From the NCBI RefSeq assembly GCF_025148785.1, contig NZ_CP102271.1, positions 877,569 to 901,568 on the forward strand: 24,000 nucleotides of DNA. The letters run 5' to 3'. The notes under the pieces are model-generated. The model saw only the letters and a program-made list of their open reading frames with translations, did no database searches and was not told the origin of the DNA. Below are positions 18,115 through 24,000 of this stretch, piece by piece. Every line of letters starts with the position of its first letter. Within the stretch, counting starts at the first letter, position 1. A program made the translations under genes and the position numbers. The DNA is from Catenibacterium mitsuokai (GTDB taxonomy: Bacteria; Bacillota_I; Bacilli_A; Erysipelotrichales; Coprobacillaceae).

Positions 18115-21100
18115 ATGGCACCTAAAATTACTATTCAAACCACAAAAAAAGTTGTGCCAATTATTTATTGCTACACAACTCCTGAAATTGCCCGTCATAA
18201 CGGTTGGGTAAAAATTGGTTATTCAGAACAAGATGCTGAGAAACGTATCGGTCAGCAAACACATACAGCAGATATTGAATATCATATTGAATGGTCGAAA
18301 AATGCAACATTCGATGATGGATCTGGGGAACTTTTTAAAGACTCAGACTTCCACGCATATCTTGTGAAATGTGGTATTAAACGTCAGAAAGGTACAGAAT
18401 GGTTCCAAATTAGTCCTACTGAGGCTAAATCTAAACTTGATGAATTTCGTGAGAATAGAGGTATTAAGAAGGCTGACAGTGTTATTCCATACCGACTTCG
18501 TAATGAACAAAATGAAGCTGTTGAACGTGCACAAGATTATTTCACACTTCATGAACGTGGCGAATTTCTTTATAATGCAAAACCTCGTTTTGGAAAAACT
18601 TTAACGGTATATGACCTTGCTAAGAGAATGTGTCTTGAAAAGGTTCTTATTGTTACGAATCGTCCTGCTATTGCTAACAGTTGGTATGAAGATTACTGCA
18701 AGTTCCTCGGTGCGGAATCCGGGTTTTCATTTGTTAGTGAAGTAGACGCATTAAAAACACAACCACATGTGTTATCAAGAAAACAATATACAGACGAGTT
18801 GATTAAAGGAAATGTTGGAGAAAATTGTATTGAATTTGTTTCTCTACAAGATTTGAAAGGCTCTGTGTACTTTGGTGGACACTTCAATAAGCTTGAAGAA
18901 GTAGCCCATATGGAATGGGATATGCTTGTTATTGATGAAGCCCATGAAGGTGTTGATACATATAAAACAGATATTGCGTTTGACCATATTAAGAGAAAAC
19001 ATACATTGCACCTTTCTGGTACACCATTTAAAGCTCTTGCAAACGAGAAGTTCCCGGCAAACGCTATTTATAACTGGACTTATGCTGATGAACAAAGGGC
19101 AAAAGCAAACTGGAAATCAGTAGATGGTGATCCGAACCCTTATGAGAATCTGCCTCAGCTGAATATGTACACATATCAGATGAGTGAAATTATTCGAGAA
19201 GAACTTAGTCAAGGTGTGGAAGTGAATGGTGAAACTGAAGAATATGCATTTGATTTAAATGAGTTCTTTGCAACAAATGAACGTGGATTCTTTGTCCATA
19301 ACAGTTCAGTAGATAGATTCTTAGATGCTATGACAATGCAGACTAAGTTCCCATTCTCTACTCCGGAGCTTAGAGATGAATTAAAACACACATTATGGCT
19401 TCTTAACCGTGTAGATAGTGCAAAGGCACTAGCTAAGAAACTTGAAAAACACCCTGTATTTAAGGATTATAAAGTAGTTCTTGCCGCAGGTGATGGACGT
19501 CTGGATGAAGAAGACGAGGTGTTAAAATCCTTCGACAAGGTAAAAGATGCTATCGAAACTTATGATAAAACGATTACGCTTTCTGTAGGTCAGTTAACGA
19601 CTGGTGTAACTATTCCAGAATGGACTGCAGTAATGATGCTTTCTAGCATCAAGAGCCCTGGATTATATATGCAGGCAGCGTTTAGAGCACAAAATCCTTG
19701 TTTGTTCTCAAACGGTAGTGAATTCTTCCGTAAGAAAGATGCTTACGTATTTGACTTTGACCCAGCAAGAACATTGATTATCTTTGAAGCATTTGCTAAT
19801 GACTTGTCTTCTAGTACTTCTGGTGGAAAAGGAGATACAGGCACTCGTGAAGACCATGTACGAGAATTATTGAATTTCTTCCCTGTAATCGGAGAAGATG
19901 AAGATGGCGAAATGATTGCATTAGATGCAGCTAAAGTATTGTCTATCCCAAGAAAAATCAAATCAAAAGAAGTGGTCCGCAGAGGATTTATGAGCGACTT
20001 CCTGTTCCAGAATATCAGCAATGTATTCCGTGCGCCTCAGGCTGTTATTGATATGATTCAGCAAATGGATCCAGCAAAAGATCCAGGACCGCTTGCGGGA
20101 GTTACCCCTTCTACAGGTAAGGAATTGGATATCAATAAAGATGGCGAAGTTGAATTACCAGATGAAATGGTTATTGGAGAAGCAACAGAGCTTTTTGGAG
20201 AGAAGATTTTTGATAATGTTGATGTACATGATACTTTAAACGATATCATCGAATCCACTCCGGATAAGCCTCTAACAAAAACAGATATTGAAGCACAGAA
20301 ACAGCTTGAACAGTTGAAAAAAGCTTTTAAAGAACAGGTTACTAAGCCTATTATGGATACAGCAACACAGAAATATGGAGATGACATGTCATCTCATGCT
20401 GCGAAAAAGATTGAAAACAAGATCAATACAGTGGCGGAGTCTACTCTTGAATATGAATTCGGTAGCTATCAGGTAGAACAAAAAGCCCTTGAAGCAGACA
20501 GACAAAATGAGATTGCTGCGGCAACATCTGAAGAAGAAGTTATTGAAATCAATAACACCTTCGATAAGAAGCAAAAAGAGGCTTCTGAGGCTTTTAAAGA
20601 ACGAATGGGTAAAACTATCGACACTATGGTAAAAGACGCTGGAGAGACCGTTGTACGTGATGTGGAGACTGAAAAGAAGGAAAAGACTAAACGTACTATT
20701 GAAGATTCAATTAAAGACCATTTACGTGGCTTCTCACGAACTATTCCGTCATTCTTAATGGCATATGGTGATGATGATACCACGCTTGAGACGTTCGATC
20801 AGATTATTCCGGACCAGGTATTCGTTGATGTGACGAGCATCACCCTTGAACAGTTTAGATTCCTTCGCGATGGCGGTGATTACCCGGATGAGGAAACTGG
20901 AGCAACAGAGCACTTTGAGGGGCATCTGTTTGATCCAATTGTATTTAATGACTCTGTGAAAGAATTCCTTGGTCTTAAGGTTAAACTTGCGGATTACTTT
21001 GATGTAGCTAATGAAGAAGATATCTTTGATTACATTCCACCACAAAAGACGAACCAAATCTTCACACCTAAGCCTACGGTGAAGGACATGGTTGACCGTC

Positions 21101-21465
21101 TTGAAGGAGAAAACCCTGGTTGCTTTGATGATCCTGATAAAACATTTGTTGACCTTTATATGAAGTCTGGTATGTATGTTACAGAAATTGTGAAACGTCT
21201 GTATCAGAGTGATCGTATGAAAGCTCTATATCCAGACAGAAAAGAGCGTTTGAATCATATCTTCGCTGAACAGGTATATGGCCTTGCTCCAACAGAGATT
21301 ATTTATAGAATCTGTTTGGCGTACATCATGGGATTCAGTGACGAAATTACGATTAAAAAACATAATATCAGGCTTTGTGATGCGCTAGAATACGCTAAAA
21401 ACGGTACTCTTGAAGAGAAGCTAGAGGAATTATTTCCAGAACTTGCAAACAAGGAGGGATGCTAA
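18115..21465 (+). CDS. T5orf172/GIY-YIG-like nuclease domain + SF2 (type III Res-like, DEAH) helicase + charged linker + C-terminal methylase-N-half-like domain
   Basis: 1116 aa, AAGGAG RBS. The N-terminus (aa ~14-110) reads IIYCYTTPEIARHNGWVKIGYSEQDAEKRI...DFHAYL...GTEWF (T5orf172 pattern). Helicase motifs are AKPRFGKT (motif I, nt 18577-18600), VIDEAHEG (II, nt 18928-18951), SGTP (III), QLTTGVTIPEW (V) and QAAFRAQNP (VI, nt 19672-19698). The C-terminus has QIFTPKPTVKDMV, FVDLYMKSGMYV and VYGLAPTEIIYRICLAYIMG. Confidence 0.8.
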   Translation: MAPKITIQTTKKVVPIIYCYTTPEIARHNGWVKIGYSEQDAEKRIGQQTHTADIEYHIEWSKNATFDDGSGELFKDSDFHAYLVKCGIKRQKGTEWFQISPTEAKSKLDEFRENRGIKKADSVIPYRLRNEQNEAVERAQDYFTLHERGEFLYNAKPRFGKTLTVYDLAKRMCLEKVLIVTNRPAIANSWYEDYCKFLGAESGFSFVSEVDALKTQPHVLSRKQYTDELIKGNVGENCIEFVSLQDLKGSVYFGGHFNKLEEVAHMEWDMLVIDEAHEGVDTYKTDIAFDHIKRKHTLHLSGTPFKALANEKFPANAIYNWTYADEQRAKANWKSVDGDPNPYENLPQLNMYTYQMSEIIREELSQGVEVNGETEEYAFDLNEFFATNERGFFVHNSSVDRFLDAMTMQTKFPFSTPELRDELKHTLWLLNRVDSAKALAKKLEKHPVFKDYKVVLAAGDGRLDEEDEVLKSFDKVKDAIETYDKTITLSVGQLTTGVTIPEWTAVMMLSSIKSPGLYMQAAFRAQNPCLFSNGSEFFRKKDAYVFDFDPARTLIIFEAFANDLSSSTSGGKGDTGTREDHVRELLNFFPVIGEDEDGEMIALDAAKVLSIPRKIKSKEVVRRGFMSDFLFQNISNVFRAPQAVIDMIQQMDPAKDPGPLAGVTPSTGKELDINKDGEVELPDEMVIGEATELFGEKIFDNVDVHDTLNDIIESTPDKPLTKTDIEAQKQLEQLKKAFKEQVTKPIMDTATQKYGDDMSSHAAKKIENKINTVAESTLEYEFGSYQVEQKALEADRQNEIAAATSEEEVIEINNTFDKKQKEASEAFKERMGKTIDTMVKDAGETVVRDVETEKKEKTKRTIEDSIKDHLRGFSRTIPSFLMAYGDDDTTLETFDQIIPDQVFVDVTSITLEQFRFLRDGGDYPDEETGATEHFEGHLFDPIVFNDSVKEFLGLKVKLADYFDVANEEDIFDYIPPQKTNQIFTPKPTVKDMVDRLEGENPGCFDDPDKTFVDLYMKSGMYVTEIVKRLYQSDRMKALYPDRKERLNHIFAEQVYGLAPTEIIYRICLAYIMGFSDEITIKKHNIRLCDALEYAKNGTLEEKLEELFPELANKEGC

Positions 21466-21650
21466 TGCCAAGACAGAAAAAAGACGCTAAGATTTTAAAT
21501 ATTAAGTTGGCAAAAGAGATTAGTGACCAGCTGGAACAATTTTGCGAAGAATCAGGAATATCTAAAACTGTAGCGACAGAAAAAATTCTATCGAAGTATT
21601 TTGAGGAATATTTCAGTAGACCAGAAGAAGAGCGTACACTTTTCAAATAA
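21465..21650 (+). CDS. Ribbon-helix-helix (CopG/Arc-like) DNA-binding protein
   Basis: 61 aa from the ATG at 21465. This start overlaps the helicase TAA stop as TAATG and lies 6 nt after AAGGAGGG. The beta-strand/helix/helix pattern is KILNIKLAKEISDQLEQFCEESGISKTVATEKILSKYFEEYF. Confidence 0.65.
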   Translation: MPRQKKDAKILNIKLAKEISDQLEQFCEESGISKTVATEKILSKYFEEYFSRPEEERTLFK

Positions 21651-21664
21651 GAATATTAAAAAAT

Positions 21665-21699
21665 GCCCACAGGCCAAATAAGCTTGTGGGTATTTTTAT
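21665..21699 (+). terminator. Rho-independent terminator closing the four-gene module
   Basis: GCCCACAGG-loop-CTTGTGGGT is followed by ATTTTTAT. Confidence 0.7.
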
Positions 21700-21916
21700 G
21701 CCTAAATAGAACATGTATGTAAGATTTCTTTTGAGTTGCAATTGGGAAAAAGCGCGGATTTACAGGCAAAATTACAACATTCAGTTTGAGGCTGTATGAG
21801 AAACGAAACGTGTTGTCTGATTCTGACATATAGAGTATGCCAAAGTAATTTATCCCTAAAAATAGGGACAAATTTAGGTATAACTGTAAACCATAGATTC
21901 AAAAAGGAGGAAACAC

Positions 21917-22378
21917 ATGGAGAAAATTGAATTCACAAACCCGGAGAGCAAGGAACTTAACGAAGAAGTAAGGAACTACCTTGAATTGATGAGGGATACG
22001 GAAGCCCTTATTGGTGACGGGATGGAGAAGCTGAAAGGGGCCAATTGGGCAAAGCTTTGGAACAGCCTTGACAAATTGGTTTTTTATCCGAAAACATACG
22101 AAGGGAATTTGGCTATTTTCAAAACTCGATGCGACATCCGATACATAAGCTTATTTACGAAACCGGAATTTTGCTGTGATCAGGAAGCAGACTTTAAGTT
22201 GGGCGGCATCCTTAGATCATGGCTTGATGATGGTCAGAAACGTGGCTATTCGCTTCTTATTAACACGACCATCAATGAATATTGGGGACATGGCATTTTT
22301 ATCGATCCGGATACAGGGCATATTGCGCCTGTGATGACGGATTATGATGCGGAGCACCGTACTTATACATTATATTGA
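21917..22378 (+). CDS. Hypothetical protein, no recognisable domain
   Basis: 153 aa with a strong AAGGAGG RBS. G+C and codon choice resemble the tnsA block. The 3' end overlaps the convergent recombinase-like gene by 16 nt. Confidence 0.5.
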   Translation: MEKIEFTNPESKELNEEVRNYLELMRDTEALIGDGMEKLKGANWAKLWNSLDKLVFYPKTYEGNLAIFKTRCDIRYISLFTKPEFCCDQEADFKLGGILRSWLDDGQKRGYSLLINTTINEYWGHGIFIDPDTGHIAPVMTDYDAEHRTYTLY

Positions 22379-23037
22379 TCAGCATCGATCTCGCCCGAAT
22401 CTGGGAACATTTTCCTGTATTCATCAACTAATTTTCGAAATATGTAACGAGTAATGGGTTTATTATCCGGAAGCTTACCTGCCAATAATTTCATCGCTTG
22501 GCGTTCAGTGATCTTGTGCAGGCAATATTGTTCTATGACATCAAATTCTTTTCGCTGTAAGCTCATTAGTGATATACGACGTTTCGGTCTTCCAGAAGCT
22601 TTCCTGTGACCAGGAAGCTGCTCGATAGGCTGCGCCTGACGATAGTTATGGATTTGGCTAAGTGTTCCGGATAATAGCTCATGGTCGTGGGTATCATCTT
22701 TGTCGTCATATTCAAGCGATGGGATTCGCAGGTGGATCTGTTTGTCTTGAAGGAGTTTTAGTGTTTTTTGTATTTTGGGCAAGGTGCCGCCAAGTACATA
22801 GATATTTGCTACATATAACGTATCGCCACTTTGAATAGGGCGACGTGGTGAAATATCGCCCTTAAATGTGTCGCTGTCCGAATAGACAGAACGAGCCACG
22901 TCGCAACATTTTATGTAGAAGTAGTTGTGTTCTGAGCCGAGCCAGTGGGTTGTATCTGGCAAATGTTTGCGTGCTATTTCGTATTGTTCGTTTATATTTT
23001 CGATTCGCGTATTACGAAACAGCCACCACTCGCTCAT
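22363..23037 (-). CDS. Serine-recombinase (resolvase/invertase)-like protein lacking catalytic residues, with a C-terminal HTH
   Basis: 224 aa from the ATG at 23037 (GAGGAGG RBS). The track start at 23055 has no RBS. It aligns by eye to gamma-delta resolvase: WLFRNTRIENINEQ against LFGYARVSTSQQ (Ser10 position is Glu, Tyr6 position is Asn). GDTLYVANIYVLGG aligns against GDVILVKKLDRLGR (the D67/R68/R71 positions are Y/V/G). The C-terminal part reads SGRPKRRIS...ITERQAMKLL. Confidence 0.6.
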   Translation of the reverse strand: MSEWWLFRNTRIENINEQYEIARKHLPDTTHWLGSEHNYFYIKCCDVARSVYSDSDTFKGDISPRRPIQSGDTLYVANIYVLGGTLPKIQKTLKLLQDKQIHLRIPSLEYDDKDDTHDHELLSGTLSQIHNYRQAQPIEQLPGHRKASGRPKRRISLMSLQRKEFDVIEQYCLHKITERQAMKLLAGKLPDNKPITRYIFRKLVDEYRKMFPDSGEIDADQYNV

Positions 23038-23295
23038 GGCACAGCCTCCTCTCATTTGTAATGGTTACTGGTACTAACCAACACATTATATCATATTATT
23101 TAAAAATGATGTCCGAAAATTAGAAGTTTCAAAAAAATAAAATAAAACCGTATAAATGCGGTAATTGCAGATAAATTCTTGTCTGAAAATTGTTTGAAAA
23201 AGGTCGTTTATTTGTATGTGAAAATAAAAGCACATGAGAAATCAAGCATATTAATTGCGAAGGCGAAAACAAAAATAAACAGGAAGGAGAAATAA

Positions 23296-24000
23296 TTGAA
23301 ATCACATAAACGAAAAATCGAAGAAGGACGTTGTCAGGGATACGGAAAAGACTATACCCCATTTATTCTGGTCAGAGAATATAAGGGGCGGGGTACAGCA
23401 TCAGTCATCTGGGATCCCTTTGAAGAAAGATTGATCCACTGCCTGTCGCAGACAGAAGTTGCGGTGTATGAAACAATCCGCTGGCAGGACAATGTGGAAC
23501 ATATCCGCGAACAATATCTTTTAGATACAGATAGGATGAATGCCATTGCAGAAGAACTTGGGATGAAGAAAGCTCCATGGTGGACCACGGATTTTCTGGT
23601 AGATTACGATGATGGAAGCAAGACGGCGTTCTCAGTCAAATACGACAGAAGCGCATTTGATCCGAATAAACGTACCTACCGTGGAAAAGAATCAAGGCTG
23701 CACAATCTGGTAATGCGTCAGAGAGCAGAACAGATCTATTGGGAATCTCAGAAAGTGAGGTTTAAGCTGGTAACGAACGAAGATATTAATCAGGTGCTTG
23801 TGTGGAATGTAAAAAGCGTCATGAGCTATTACGAATCATTTAAGGTGATCAGCAAAGAACAGAAACTGAAATATCTGATTGCACATAAATATGTATATAT
23901 TCCGATGGATAAACAGATTTTGGATTTCCATGAGATTGTAGAGCGTGCTGGTTTCGACATTGATGAGCTGTATAAGCGAGTATTAGTGGCACGTGACCTT
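23296..24000 (+). CDS. tnsA: Tn7-type transposase endonuclease subunit TnsA (partial; continues past the window end)
   Basis: TTG start preceded by an AGGAAGGAGA RBS, with an in-frame TAA immediately upstream. Translation gives KRKIEEGRCQGYGKDYTPFILVRE...IHCLSQTEVAVYETIRWQDNVEHIREQY...WWTTDFLVDYDDGSKTAFSVK. This closely parallels Tn7 TnsA (RRIKEGRGQGHGKDYIPWLTVQE...HLLSDLELAVFLSLEW...IREQF...STDFLVD...QVK), including the E/D/K catalytic positions. It is absent from the ORF track because it is open-ended. Confidence 0.9.
   Translation, partial: MKSHKRKIEEGRCQGYGKDYTPFILVREYKGRGTASVIWDPFEERLIHCLSQTEVAVYETIRWQDNVEHIREQYLLDTDRMNAIAEELGMKKAPWWTTDFLVDYDDGSKTAFSVKYDRSAFDPNKRTYRGKESRLHNLVMRQRAEQIYWESQKVRFKLVTNEDINQVLVWNVKSVMSYYESFKVISKEQKLKYLIAHKYVYIPMDKQILDFHEIVERAGFDIDELYKRVLVARDL

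Larger units (their letters stand above)
15551..24000. mobile_element. Tn7-like transposon, partial (right-end-like terminus to the window edge; the other end is outside the window)
   Basis: The left boundary is a TGTG terminus plus a multi-site repeat array at 15551-15700. A TnsA homolog reads inward at 23296. G+C is higher than in the flanking chromosome, and the host gene is interrupted exactly at 15551. Confidence 0.8.

Noticed and set aside
18343-21646. Numerous 60-110 aa ORFs inside or antisense to the helicase gene (e.g. 18343-18552-, 18371-18604+, 18844-19095-, 19743-20021-, 20058-20387-, 20469-20783-, 20755-21057-, 21395-21646-)
   Set aside because: All are nested in a long ORF with clear helicase motifs. 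They lack RBSs and give low-complexity translations. They are frame-shadow ORFs.
15969-21832. 12-bp direct repeat TTCTGACATATA at 15969-15980 and 21821-21832 bracketing the restriction-like module (possible insertion scars)
   Set aside because: In 24 kb of AT-rich sequence, dozens of exact 12-mer pairs are expected by chance by my rough estimate. Similarity does not extend convincingly beyond the 12 bp. Only comparison with related elements could rescue this.
21656-21902. Two minus-strand ORFs (71 and 66 aa) in the intergenic region after the RHH gene
   Set aside because: They overlap each other and the terminator hairpin. They have no RBS and would read against the flanking transcription. 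The region is better treated as a leader/promoter for ORF 21917.
23060-23295. Searched the tnsA-proximal intergenic region for a second (inner) transposon end
   Set aside because: There is no TGT terminus with TTCCGTTCG-type sites. The only weak resemblances are AATTAGAAGTTTC and the pair TGTCCGAAAATT/TGTCTGAAAATT. That is insufficient to claim a decayed end.
22866-23588. ORFs 22866-23123+, 23129-23362- and 23352-23588-
   Set aside because: The first is antisense to the recombinase-like gene. The other two are antisense to the tnsA leader and the clearly homologous TnsA coding sequence. None has an RBS.

Overview
The window has two parts. Positions 1-15550 look like ordinary low-GC Firmicutes-type chromosome. 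I sampled about 32-36% G+C by eye, and RBSs are AGGAGG-like. This part holds a partial thiC behind a TPP riboswitch, a GH1 6-phospho-beta-glucosidase, an arginase-family and flavin-reductase pair, an ECF S-component, a DUF2798 protein and a MocR/GNAT divergent pair. It also holds a LicR-type PRD regulator with a lactose/cellobiose-family PTS (EIIA/EIIB/EIIC), co-transcribed with a GrdB-N-terminal-like protein, a glycosylasparaginase, an M20 peptidase and CutC. At 15551 a YitT-family membrane gene is cut mid-domain by the terminus of a Tn7-like transposon. That terminus starts TGTG and carries an array of TTCCGTTCG sites on a ~22-bp register. The element runs to the window edge, where a clear TnsA homolog (TTG start at 23296) reads off the end. 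Unusually, about 7.7 kb lies between this right-end-like terminus and tnsA. It contains a SymE-family toxin gene with an in-frame TGA, then the most interesting locus, a tightly packed four-gene restriction-like module at 16125-21650. That module has a TaqI/Eco57I-type N6-adenine methyltransferase split into two same-frame ORFs, a 1116-aa T5orf172/GIY-YIG-like + SF2 helicase protein, and a translationally coupled ribbon-helix-helix protein. The helicase protein ends in what looks like a second methylase N-half with no NPPY motif. After the module come an orphan 153-aa ORF and a serine-recombinase homolog that has lost its catalytic residues. All functional calls come from motif recognition by eye. 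No database search was run.
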